Below, in pieces: positions 51,446 to 64,000 of a DNA stretch of 64,000 nt; the first letter of the stretch is position 1; the number at the start of each line of letters is the position of its first letter. Position numbers and translations under genes: made by a program. A model generated the notes under the pieces. The model ran no database searches and was not told the origin of the DNA. It was given only the letters and a program-made list of their open reading frames with translations. The DNA comes from Octopus sinensis (taxonomy: Eukaryota), in contig NC_043003.1 of NCBI RefSeq assembly GCF_006345805.1, forward strand, positions 49,662,001 through 49,726,000, written 5' to 3'.

Positions 51446-51862
51446 AGGGGATGTTACAGTTCTTCCATCTGGTAATGAGTGGATATAATATAAAAGAAAC
51501 ATTGTCACATGACTTTTGTAGCCACCATGGTGGTGGTAGCTATTTGCGTGCTGTAGTAATCGTTGTCACTGCTGTTTCAATTTGCTTAAGTGCTTTCATC
51601 CTAATGCAGTTTGGTTTACATGTGTTCACTGTGCTCATGTATTGTGTCCATATTTATCTCATGTGTTTATACTTGTTTGTGTGCTTATTACCTTTTTATT
51701 GTTTGTAAATATATGTGTGTATGTATGTGTGTGTGTTTGTGTGTTTGTGCAGTTGCGCGTGTGTATTTAGAAGTATTCTTTTATGCAGGTGTGTCTCATA
51801 TTTATTTATATACAGGTATTAGAATACATATGAATATGCTTTGCATGATTGCATGTACATAT

Positions 51863-51937
<75 letters not shown>

Positions 51938-52044
51938 TGCATATATATATATGTATACAGGCGTGTGCAGCCATGTATCAGTATCATTTTATATATATAT
52001 ATACATACATCTACATCTACATACATACATCTACATACATACCA

Positions 52045-52082
<38 letters not shown>

Positions 52083-52199
52083 CATGACAAGTAAACAATT
52101 ATAATTAATAAAATTTATTTAAATCTGAAATTATATATTCAAATTATTTATTAATTGTTATAATGTGAATATTTAATATTTAGTAGACATTCTTTTTGC

Positions 52200-53100
52200 A
52201 TTTTTCATTGCAATGACCCTATTAGGCATGTTACTGGTCAGATGATGAATATTCTTTTGCAGAATTTCTTGCCAAGTTTCATACAGTTATCTCAAAAGAT
52301 CTGGCTTTGAAGAAGCTTTCTTGTACTTTTTATGAAGTGTCCTGTCCATTATATCCCAGAAGTGTTCAATAGGGTTCATTTCTGGTGACTGGCTTGGCCA
52401 TGGAAGCTTTTTAATGCCATTCTCATCCAATAAATCTTGGGCCATTTTAGTCATGTGACAAGGAGCCCCATCTTCCATAAATAAAGAGTCTTCTTAAATC
52501 ATTTCACCACTGGAGAAAATTAGGAGTTCTTTCTGCAATATGGACACATTTATCTGAGTTTATGTTTGCCTCACACTCTACCAGCTCTGATCAACCATTG
52601 TTCCAAATTGCTCCCCAGACCATCACAGAATAGCTGCCATGTTTCATTGTTAGCTGCAATCTTTGCACATCAAATTCTTGATCACAGAGTCTCCAGACCC
52701 ACACTCAACCACTGTCAGGAAACACAACAAATCTGGACTCATCAGAGAATTTGACAGTGTCCCAGAATGCTAGTGGCCTCTCCACCATCTCACTGGCCCA
52801 ATCTTTTCTCTGCTTGATGTTGGCTGGTCAAAGAAGTGGCTTCCTTCTTCCTACTCTGCCATAGTAACCAAGTTTGTGGAGATACCTGACAGCTGTTCTG
52901 GGACTGACATCAACTTGTTCTGTTATGTCAGAGGCCTTGCAATGAGGATTATCTTCCATACTTCTCTTAACAAAGAGAAGGGTCCTGTCAGAGGTCCCTG
53001 GCTGATCTGGGTAAGGTGATGTAGACTCCTTCTCCTCTCTAGTGAATTGCACAATCACTCTATTTACTGTTGAAAGTGGGATCCGAAGGTTTTCTGTGAT
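52200..53100 (-). mobile_element. Decayed Tc1 transposase, DD34E
   Basis: [16 protein letters not shown]...[17 protein letters not shown]; EDGAPCH...LPWPSQSPEMNPIEHFW, with 34 residues between D and E. Confidence 0.85.
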
Positions 53101-53692
53101 TTTACACCGATAGAATGAGTACTAGGCTTACAAAGAATAAGTCCTGGGGTCAATTTGCTCGACTAAAAGTGGTGCTCCAGCATGGCCACAGTCAAATGAC
53201 TGAAACAAGTAAAAGAGTAAAAGAGTAAGAGTAAATATATGAATTTAGATGTACATAGCATAAATATGTTTATGTGTATTTATATGTATATTTTTTTTAT
53301 CATTCCTATTTCAATTACTCCATGACATATGAAATGTTTCAAGAAATTTCATCTCTTGATCCTCTGAATTTCAGAATTGACTCAGTGTATATGTGTATGT
53401 TAGTGTTTGAATATGTGTCAACCTATTTTGTATTTGCATGTGTGTGTGTGTGTGTATATATATTATACATATAAAGAAATACATGTATGTGTGTGTGTGT
53501 ATATATACACATATATACATGTATACATATATATAAAGGTACATATATATACATATATATACATACATATATACACATAGATATATGCATACACATATAT
53601 ATATATACATACACACACACATATATATACATATACATACATATATATATATATGTATATACATACACACCCACATATATGCATATACATAC

Positions 53693-53725
<33 letters not shown>

Positions 53726-55951
53726 CACACACATACATATATATATATTAATATATGATTATAGTAACCAAAGACCTGCAATAAGGGGAAAAATGATTAG
53801 TGCACCTGCAAAATGATTGATTCTTTGAAAGAAATATTCAATTTTATTGAAATCAAATCATCTATTGTATTCAGAATATAAGAGGGAGAGAGAGAGAGAG
53901 AGAGAAAGAAAGAAAAAAAATACATCTGTTTATTCATAATCAAAATTTAATAATCAATGCTTGTAGCATGATTATCGTGTATTTTTTTATTAATACCTTT
54001 TTAATTACACAATCAGCAACCAATTTTCAATAATACAGTCTCTAATGTTTACCATTCTTTCCAATATGATGTGACACAGTTATGGATTCTTAATTTTTTT
54101 CCATTCTTTTTCTTTCTAGTTACAATTTAATGATCTGTTGTATACATTTAATAAGATTTGAGCCTTTTGTTTCCGATTGTGTTTTTTCGTTTTTTGATTT
54201 TGGTAATTGATTGTTTTGGAAGAAGGCGCTGTGCTTTTAGCCTTTGCAAAGTTGCCATGTCTTGTGCTACTAGAATGTTTAATGTTCTTCTTAGACAGCT
54301 CCGTGGTGGGAGCTGCAAGAGAAATAAACAAATACAGATGTGCAGGGGGTAAATTTTTGCCATGCAAGTTGATGGCTGTCATATATAGGATATGGCACAA
54401 ACCATCGTTATTTAATGCCTATGTTCCAAACTGGCAGAGGTTTGATGATAATACAGGATCTCAAAGGCCCAAGAAATGCATTGGATTCCAGTGACAGCTT
54501 TGGTATAGATTTTCCAATAAGATGCCCTTCCTGACACCAACCACTTTACAGTGTGTACTGGGTGTTTTTTTCATGCTACCAACACTAGTGAGGTCACCAT
54601 GCAGCAGCAAGACTATGAACCTTGAGTGGGAAGGGGGAACTTTATGCTAGGAGAATAAGGAATAGAGAGGGGCAAAGTATGAGAAAAAAGGGCCGAACAA
54701 AGCAAGTTTTTTGCTGAAAAAGAGCTACATGACTACTCATACTCTAGAAGTGAAGAAATATGAATTCTTATGACTCAGATATTGTTCAAACGGAGTCACA
54801 TGAGACAATGTAGTCCAAGATAATCTTAAGATTAATTACAGCTGGAACAACTTTTGTTGTTGGTTTTCCAGGTAGATGCAAAGCTGGGACTAAGTAATTC
54901 TTGTGACTGAAATGTATTTCACTTCTGTTGTAAGTTGATAGCTGCAGGAAAAAAATACATGGTAGGAAAAGAATTTCTGGGGGGATAATGTTCTGGGGTG
55001 GGGTGAGAGAAGGGAAAATCTTAGAAAATGGTTAAAGTAGACTTAGGAAGTGATACAATATGAAAATGACAGGTAGAGTGTCCCTTGAAGTATAACATAA
55101 TATATAAATACTGAACATAATAGACAACAGAATGTGTGTGTGTGTGTTTGTTTGAATAAGATTTAGGTAAAACCCTTCTAGAATGCTATGCAAACCTGTT
55201 CATAGTTATTGGCTACCTGATGTCATCATGTCATCGTACAGTGGAAATGTTCCTGCTGCTGCATATACATCTGGAATTCCATAGAATCCAAAGAATTTCT
55301 ATAGACTACTAACTTTTTTTTTCTAATTCTTTCAAAAAAGCATATAAAAACTAGACTGTAATAAATAAGTACAGGCTGATTGGATGTAGAATGGGGTCAG
55401 TTGTTTTGTCCCAAGTAACAGATGATAATTTAGGTCCTTCACAGAAATAGTTGATGAGTATTGAAATGGTCAGTCTTCACCACTTTATCACTTTATTATC
55501 TCTAAAGGCTTAATTTTATTCTTTATTCTGATTAGCACTTTCTTATAATCAAACCATGAAGATAAAATTGTAATTTATAATCAACTTGCCCCACCCTTTT
55601 TTTTGCCTATTCCTTTATTTCTGTATATTGTGTTTTGATTTTAATTGTATTTTACCTGTCATTGTATCTTATGGGTTTAGTTTTGTCTGTAAACTTCTGA
55701 CAAAGACACATCGCTTTGAGTATGCATTCTCACACTGAGTGAAAGGACGGTAGGATTTAATGAAGGTCTTATTCAAACAACCACCTGAAGAGGTGCATTT
55801 TACACCTTGGATAGATGATAAAGATTACATAACATCTCACGAATGTACTACATGTGTAAGAATGTGTTGAAACAATTGTAGTGTTTTAAATAAAGAATGT
55901 TGTTCATTCCATTTCCTTTCATTTATCTATTTATCTATTTTTTTCTCCCTC

Positions 55952-56008
<57 letters not shown>

Positions 56009-56927
56009 GCATATTTATATATGTATATATATGTAAATATATGTATACATGTGTGTGTATGTATATATATATATATACATGTGTGTGTGCGTGCATGTGT
56101 GTGTACACACACACGTACATACATATATATATATGAACATATATATGTTCATATATATATGTATGTGTGTACACACACATGCACACACACACACAGAGCT
56201 TAAGGGATGTTTCTAGTCGATTGCTTTATGGACGACATCCAAAAGATTAAATCCAATATTAGAAATTAGCTTTTCAAAATAGTATGTGAAATCCTTCCAA
56301 CAAAAATAATGTGCTTACATTCGATAATCCCCATGAAAATGGTGATGTGACAAGTGATGATATAATCTGCATATATAATAGACTCATAATGTCAGTACTA
56401 AGCATTAAAAATGGCACAGAGTGTAGAAGATAGAGTGCAAGTGACTTACTCTAACGTTACTGTCTGTGAAGTTAGTCTGTGGAGAATACGAGGAAGTTAA
56501 TCTGTAGGTTTGTATCAAAAAATCATAAAAAGTTGATGAATGGAATAGTTTACTCAATAGTCCATCGATAAATCCATGACTGGTGAATAGCCACAAGACT
56601 TCCCAAAGTTGGAAAAGGAAAGTTGTCCGTCTAATATAGACCAAATAATAATAAAGCAATGAAAACTCAATGAAAAGTAATGAAAAATATGAAACTTAAA
56701 AGGTGTGGTTATTAACACGGAAAAAATTCAGCTTTACCACAAGTTTAAACATTGCACTGTAGCTGTAACCTCTCAATGCAGAGATGTAACAGTTCAACTT
56801 GGAGACTCTCTGAGCCATGCACCTTGTTGAGTAGCCTTACTTCAAAGATCTTTTGAAGGATCTCTATTTTGGCTGTTTGTATTCATGATTGTACTCTTTA
56901 GCATTCAGATTACTCTGTCACATGCAA

Positions 56928-57350
56928 TAATCGGATGTTTTTGGTTTGAATGGCAGTTTTTTCTAGTGGTGTCATATGAAATTGTCACCCATAATTGTGA
57001 CCCTAGTATCGATCTATTGCATTTCAATCTGTTTGAGGGTTAGGGGTGGGGGAAGGGTATCTTTTTTTCTTCAGAAATGTAAATAAACCCAGTCTGTTTC
57101 TTAAACGAGGAACATATTCATACGGCACAGAATGTTTTTTTACCTCAGTAGACGTCAGTGATTGGTTGAAATTGCAGAAATTGAAGAAAAAAAAACAACA
57201 AATATCTTACAAACTATAGAAATTTCTCAATAAAGCCAAGAGAAAAAGATGTTTTATAAATACATTCTACCAGTATACGAAGTTTAAAAGTGTTTAGTTA
57301 TGTGGAAATTATTTTAAAAAACTGCTGTTCAAACCGAAAAGATCCGTAAT
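56928..57350. mobile_element. MITE with ~33-bp degenerate TIRs
   Basis: Left CGGATGTTTTTGGTTTGAATGGCAGTTTTTT; right AAAAAACTGCTGTTCAAACCGAAAAGATCCG. Confidence 0.65.
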
Positions 57351-57780
57351 AATAATTTATTCTCATTCTTTTGAATTAATCTTGCATTATCTCTTAACTT
57401 TGAGAGTTCATTGATGTGATTGTTTATATATGGATTCATGATCATATATAAGAATAGGCATGGAAACTGAACCGAAGGCAGTAGGCTTGGTGAATTTTTG
57501 CCAATCTCCTCTCCACTGAGGATCGAAATCTGGAGCTTGCACATGACTGTGCCAATATCTGCCGTGCTAGCATCTAATTCAGCCTCCTCCTTTCCATCAC
57601 TTGTGTAAAGATATTTTTTGTAAGGGGCTTCTTTTGTGATCTTTCTTCCATATATTAAAATCACACTTTTTTCCAACAAAAACCAGTTTTTCTCCTCATT
57701 TCATTTTCTTAATTTTGAATTCATATTCTTCTATACATGGTGCTTAATGAAATATCTAATGTTCTTTCTTTCATCTCATA

Positions 57781-57840
57781 ATTGGTGGCCTCTGAAGCCA
57801 TGACTTCAACTATGAAGTCATAGCTTCATGAGCCATCAAT
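57781..57840. other. Short 28-bp imperfect hairpin in non-repetitive-looking DNA
   Basis: ATTGGTGGCCTCTGAAGCCATGACTTCA-ACTA-TGAAGTCATAGCTTCATGAGCCATCAAT. Confidence 0.6.
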
Positions 57841-59577
57841 TAAAGAATATCTTATGTCAAGGAAGATTAAAATGTTTACATCCTTTAATGGGAACCACAA
57901 AACCTTAAAATAGATACAGACCTTGTACTGTGCAATTACATTTTTGAACAGAATTTATTAAAAAGTAATGCTTTAATAAAAAGAAAACACCTACATATAT
58001 ACAAAAGTAATAAATCCAAATTGATGTAAAGGAGTATTATTGAGGTGAGGTAAAAGACAGCTGTGAAAGTAAAGAACAAGAAGTAAAAACAAATGGCTTT
58101 TCATTTATTAATTAGAAAGAAAGAAAAATAAAAGTATATGAATTATAGCATGAAACACCAATATTGTGCAAAATATTTTTCAGTGCTTTCATTTTCTTAA
58201 TTAGATACATTTTATTATCTAATACATCTTTATTATATAAGGATTTTTGACCTTTGCATACCTATGACCTTTGCAGACCTTGGCAAACAAGTTGGGTCAA
58301 TGAGGTTACTGTTCAGCATGAACTTTTGTTTGGCTGATATCTGTGTGGAAAACACAAGCAGGGAGAGAGAGAGAGTTCAGGAAGTTTGCATCTCTGTAGC
58401 AAAACAGAAAAAAAAAAATTATACATTTAAAGGATTTTTAATAAATTTTCAATGGTGGTGAGATACATTTGAAGACAAATTGAAAAAGAGGAACGGAGCA
58501 TGGATTAGTATCGAATTTGTATTAATTAATGCAATGTGAAATGTTTATGTGCAACACTGTATCAAATATGTGGGCAATGCACTAATGTATTTTGGCACAT
58601 CTGTTTCGCAGAGGGTCAGTAGCTAACTAAGGTTGAAGAATGGTATTTGCTCAAGATGTTGTGAAGTGGAATTGAACCCAAGATCACTTCATAACCATTT
58701 ATATATCTCTTATTATAAAAGGCAGATTTTATCTGCCTCCCTTTGTAACTTATAGAAATTTACAATATAGGATTTCTTCAATTACAATTTACCTAGCATT
58801 TTTAAGAGTAGAATGCATCGGGTCATGCCAGGTCCAGTTTTTAAAATTTAAACTCCAATTAAACAAAATTTACAGAAAACTCACATTCTGGTGTGTATGT
58901 CAAATGCTTTTCTTAGTCTGGTTTACAGCACACGCAAACGCACACACACAGTGTGCAACGAATAAAGTGAAACTAGATGTAATATTTAAAAAGAAAGCAG
59001 CAAACAGAAACAAATAAATACATAATGATTTACTCCTCACACAATTTCTTCAATTAGACTTTACCTATGATTTTCAAAGAACTTCCATTGGTTCATGCCA
59101 TACAAAATTTCTTTCAATTTCACCCCCAATTAAGACAAAATTCGAGAAAACTCAATATTTTAACATTTCACTTTGAAGCCTTTACTCTGCCTATTACTCC
59201 CACTTCCTCTTTAGACACATAGACACGCTAATATATACGACAGTGTCAATTGTTGACAGACATTGTAAGCTAACGTGTGTGTGTGTGTGTGCGTGTGTGT
59301 CTGTGTGTGTGTGTGTGTGTGGTGTGTGAGGGTGCGTGTGTGTGTGTGTGTGTGACAGGGACGACCCATTCAGATTGGTCATCCTTTTTGCTAGAGGATC
59401 ACCTATGCTACACCACTGGTTTTCAGTTCATATTAATCAAATTAATATTCACAAGAAGAAGGACTATTCATTATAATACATCAGTTCCATCGGACAACTG
59501 CACAAACATTTGCCATTTTACACATGTATGTAAACAAATTCCTTTCTTTTAGAATTTCAATTCATTTACTTTTTCAA

Positions 59578-60564
59578 TTCATACAAAGTTATTTAGGACG
59601 AATATAACATCTAAAGTTATCTCTAAGAAGCAGAAAGATCGCCCAAAAGTGTATATAGATATTTAAATGTATTTATATATTCATCTATACACACATGTAT
59701 GTATACGCGTGTGTATATATTTCCATAGAGGTAACCATTCACTCCGCACAAAGTTTTTTAGGACGAAAATAACATCTAAAGTTATCTCTAAGTAGCAGTC
59801 ACCCAAAAGTGTATATAGACACACACATGTATGTATAATGTGTGTGTATATATTCCATAGAGGTAACCATTCACTCCATACAAAGTTTTTTAGGACGAAT
59901 ATAAGATCTAAAGTTATCTCTAAGAAACAGAAAGATCGCCCAAAAGTGTATATAGATATTTAAATGTATTTATATATTCATCTATACACACATGTATGTA
60001 TAATGTGTGTGTATATATTTCCATAGAGGTAACCATTCACTCCATACAAAGTTATTTAGGACGAATATAAGATCTAAAGTTATCTCTAAGAAACAGAAAG
60101 ATCGCTCAAAAGTGTATATAGATATTTAAATGTGTTTATATATTCATCTATGCACACATGTATGTATAACTTGTGTGTATATATTTCCATAGAGGTAACC
60201 ATTCACTCCGCACAAAGTTTTTTAGGACGAAAATAACATCTAAAGTTATCTCTAAGAAGCAGAAAGATCGTCCAAAAGTGTATATAGATATTTAAATGTA
60301 TTTATATATTCATCTATGCACACATGTATGTATAATGTGTGTGTATATATTTCCATAGAGGTAACCATTCACTCCGCACAAAGTTTTTTAGGACGAAAAT
60401 AACATCTAAAGTTATCTCTAAGAAGCAGAAAGATCGTCCAAAAGTGTATATAGATATTTAAATGTATTTATATATTCATCTATACACACATGTATGTATA
60501 ATGTGTGTGTATATATTTCCATAGAGGTAACCATTCACTCCATACAAAGATTTTTGGATGAAAA
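59578..60564. repeat. 166-bp tandem array (~6 units, one with a 34-bp deletion)
   Basis: CCATAGAGGTAACC starts at 59723, 59855, 60021, 60187, 60353 and 60519. Confidence 0.95.
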
Positions 60565-61401
60565 TCTTTATATATAAAAGAAAGGTTGTGTGTCTGTCTA
60601 CTCCGATTTAGATTCCTAACTACTCCCACATTTTGCGATGCAGTTTAACCAAAACCGAGTATCTTATAGTCGTGATTCATATCGAGCCCTTCTGGGTATT
60701 AGCGCGCGTCTACGATGAGTCTACGATTTTACAAATAATTTACCATCATTTTTTTCCCATTTTAATGCATTTTTAAAATTAAGGGAAGAAGTAACTCTCA
60801 AACTTCACACCAATATGCGTGCTCATATGCGACGTAATATCACATCAGCAGCATTTCCTCACACCCTCATTGCACTTGGCGAAGGCAAAATACCAGGGGA
60901 TGAAAATGGTAATATTGCCATCGATTCCATTTGTACCATTGTTAAGACGCCTTCTGATGCAGTGTTCCAAGATCTACAAGCTAATTATCAGAATATGGAT
61001 TGGATTGGCAAAAAGGCTATACTGGCCTCGAGGAATAAAACTGTTCACCATATTAATGATGAAATGCTAAAACTCATTCCTGGGGAAGTCTATGTATATC
61101 AGTCTATCGATACAACTCCTGACCCAGAGGACGTCATCACTATCCAATAGAGGTACTCAATTCCTTTGAGCACCCGGACTACCACCACACATTCTCAAAC
61201 TTAAAGTTGGTGCCCCTATAATGCTCATCAGAAATTTGGTTCCCCCAAAACAATGCAATGGCACACGTTTGATCGTTAAGTCCTTATCTCCCAGCGTAAA
61301 CTTATATCAATATTTGCCTGAATACTCATCATCATTCAGTGCAATCATTAACAGTACTTTCAAGTAATTCAGCCCCGAGCAACGCCGGGCAATTCTGCTA
61401 G
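60565..61401 (+). mobile_element. Non-autonomous Helitron with an internal PIF1-helicase fragment
   Basis: A|TC 5' end at 60565; 3' hairpin CCCGAGCAACGCCGGG then CTAG|T at 61398-61402. 60770-61295 encodes LKLHTNMRAH...AILASRN...YPIEVLNS...[21 protein letters not shown]...CNGTRL with frameshifts. Confidence 0.9.
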
Positions 61402-61582
61402 TAAAGTATAAAATCCATCTCAATATGGCTAACCACAAAGGGGAGGGGGTGTTACTGTAGCTTTTTAGCCCCAGGAGATCATTGTCTCCAGCTGGCTTTA
61501 GACACACTTTCTGTGCCCTCAGTCATATGTCCAACCCGTACTAGCATGGAAAGCGGACGTTAAACGATGATGATGATGATGA

Positions 61583-61619
<37 letters not shown>

Positions 61620-61904
61620 TAGGTATACGTATATATGTATTCTTTTATTCTTTTACTTTTATAAAAGCATGAGTTGGTGTGCATATATATGTGCTCCTCA
61701 TTTTATGTGTGAAACATTCTTTTGTAGAACAGAAATATTTTGGTATAGAACCCATTGTATGAATAGGTGCCTATGTGCATGTGTTTGAGACAACATGTGT
61801 AGAGATATATAAATGCACAGTCCTGCATGTGCCTTTTAAATCTGTTTAAGGGTCACAGGTCTTTCAACAAACCCCTCAGTGTCTATGTATCTCTGTGTAT
61901 AAAT

Positions 61905-62275
61905 TTACGTGGCTGTGTGGTAAGTAGCTTGCTTACCAACCACATGGTTCTGGATTTAGTCCCACTGCATGGCACCTTGGGCAAGTGTCTTCTGCCATAG
62001 CCTTGGGCCAACCAAAGCCTTGTGAGTGGATTTGGCAGACAGAAACTGAATGAAGCCTGTCGTATATGTGTGTGTGTGTGTGTGTTTGTGTATCTGTATT
62101 TGTGCCCCCTCCATCGCTTGGCAACCAATGCTGGTATGTTTATGTCCTCATAACTTAGCAATTCAGCAAAAGAGACCGATAGAATAATTACTAGGCTTAC
62201 AAAGAATAGTCCACAGGTCGATTTGTTTGACTAATGGTGGTGCCCCAGCATGGCCACAGTCAAATGACTGAAATA
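61905..62275 (+). mobile_element. Full-length CORE-type SINE
   Basis: Same family as 17465-17872. Confidence 0.85.
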
Positions 62276-62624
62276 AAAATGTAAAAGAATAAGAGTAATT
62301 TGTAAGTACATGTGTGTCTCTGTGTGTGACTATATGTGATTATATGTGTGTATGTTTCCTGAAGAAATTTAAAGAATGGTGCACTCTTTTCATTATTACC
62401 TCTGCCTTTACTTGTCTGTGGACAAGATATCCCAAGATCCGGTGAATCGATCTGGATGAAATTTTCAGGGATATTTGGCCTCATGACTGGCACAAAATGA
62501 TTAGATTTTGAGATTGACTGGGTACCAGACAGGGATTCTGTATTATTTTTCCAGTTTTTTTTTACTTAATTTTTGAGAGTGGTTAGGTTCACTTTTAGTA
62601 TTCTTGTTTGTGAGAGCAATCGAG

Positions 62625-63000
62625 TTTCATCATCATCATCATCGTTTAACGTCCGTTTTCCGCGCTAGCACGGGTTGGACGGTTCGACCGGGGTCTGGGA
62701 AGCCAAGGGCTGCACCAGGCTCCAGTCTGATCTGGCAGTGTTTCTACAGCTGGATGCCCTTCCTAACACCAACCACTCCGCGAGTGTTGTGGGTGCTTTT
62801 TACGTGCCACCTGCACAGGTGACAGAAGAGTCCGGCATCGTCCACGATCAGTTGGTGCTTTTAACGTGCCACCTGCACGGAAGCCAGCTAAGGCGGCACT
62901 GGCATTGGCCACGTTCGGATGGTGCTTTTTATGTGCCACCAGCACTGGAGCCAGTCGAGGCGGTGCTGGCATCAGCCAAGGCGGCGCTGGCCAGATATTT
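62625..63000 (-). mobile_element. RTE LINE 3' UTR fragment, CpG-rich (young)
   Basis: (CAT)n-CGTTTAACGTCCG...CTACAGCTGGATGCCCTTCCTAACACCAACC plus three GGTGCTTTT.A.GTGCCACC subrepeats. Confidence 0.8.
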
Positions 63001-64000
63001 TCATTTTAAAAATCATCTCTGGCTAATCACTGAGAGGACATTGGTGTTGCCTTGGCAGAGGTTTGCGCGCTCTGATTGCTTTTGTTTCTAAATGCATCTA
63101 CATACATCTTTGAGCACGAGTGTATATATACAGGGGTATATGCAAGAAGGATAAGTCCATAGAACACTGGCTCTGTGAGTGCATTTCTCAAACTATGTAA
63201 GCTTGTGTGTTATGCAACTGTGTAGATGTATGTGTTTATGAGATTATTTCCCAATTAATCTGTTAATGTCATGCACAATTTATGCATGTATATACACATG
63301 TGTGCATGTACAGGTATATATGTGTGTGTATGAAGAATTAGCTGAGAAAATATTACCCCCACTAATGCCATGTGCATTACACACACTGCTATATATGCAA
63401 ACATCTGTAAGTTTGTGCATGTGTGTGTGCATAACTGCATGCATGTAAGTCTGCATGTGTGCATGAACGTGCCTGTTTCATTTGTGTGTGAGGATGTGTG
63501 CTTAAAAGTTTGCAACCACATGTATGTATGTATGTATGTATGTTAATCTATGTATGTGAGTATCATGTGCATGTGTGTGTGTATATATATATATACATAT
63601 ATAAATATATATATACATATACATATATATGCATATATATAAATATATATATATGTGTATGTATATATGCATTCATGCGCTTGTGTGCATGCATATATGT
63701 CTATGTGTACACCTGTGTTTGTGACTATATGTAAACTTGTCTATGGGAGTGTGTGTATGTGCACCCATCTATGTGCGTGTGTGTCTATGTGTTTGTATGT
63801 ATGCCTCTGTATGCCCATCCGTCTGTGTGTAACTGCATGTATATGGGTGTGTACAGAATTAGTCTAAAGAACTCAGTTTGGTTAATGCCATGCCTGTTAT
63901 TCAACAAAGATGCAGTCATGTGCAACACAGTACTTCCTTTCGTTTCAAAGATGGTGTGTTACGAAATAGAAGAAGAAGAAGAAGAGGAAAGAAGAAGAAG

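Noticed and set aside
55781-55812. Hammerhead-like CTGAAGA-ggtg...cacc
   Set aside because: No GAAA box or stem III follows.
59578-60564. CRISPR-like reading of the regular array
   Set aside because: Whole 166-bp units are repeated with no unique spacers, the context is eukaryotic, and there are no cas genes.

Overview
AT-rich, microsatellite-saturated eukaryotic genomic DNA. It is most likely from an octopus or other coleoid cephalopod (inference from the CORE-type tRNA-derived SINE family, the RTE fragments and the repeat density). Nearly all ORF-track entries are (TA)n/(CA)n/(CAT)n artefacts. The only well-supported host coding sequence is one internal exon (17975-18194, +) of a divergent SLC35F6-like nucleotide-sugar-transporter-family gene; I could not identify its other exons. 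The rest is transposon-derived: many SINEs, RTE LINE 3' ends with (GAT)n tails, an RLE (R4/Dong-like) LINE 3' end, three Tc1/mariner relics (DD37D, DD36E, DD34E), MITEs and a non-autonomous Helitron abutting a 166-bp tandem array. The most striking unexplained layer is a set of at least seven minimal type I hammerhead ribozyme motifs in several short element families. One motif has an intact core and sits at the apex of a perfect 127-bp-arm hairpin (35508-35769); another lies in an element combining a tRNA-like head, a hammerhead and terminal inverted repeats (28807-29178). All alignments and folds were done by eye, and repeat boundaries are approximate unless termini are quoted.
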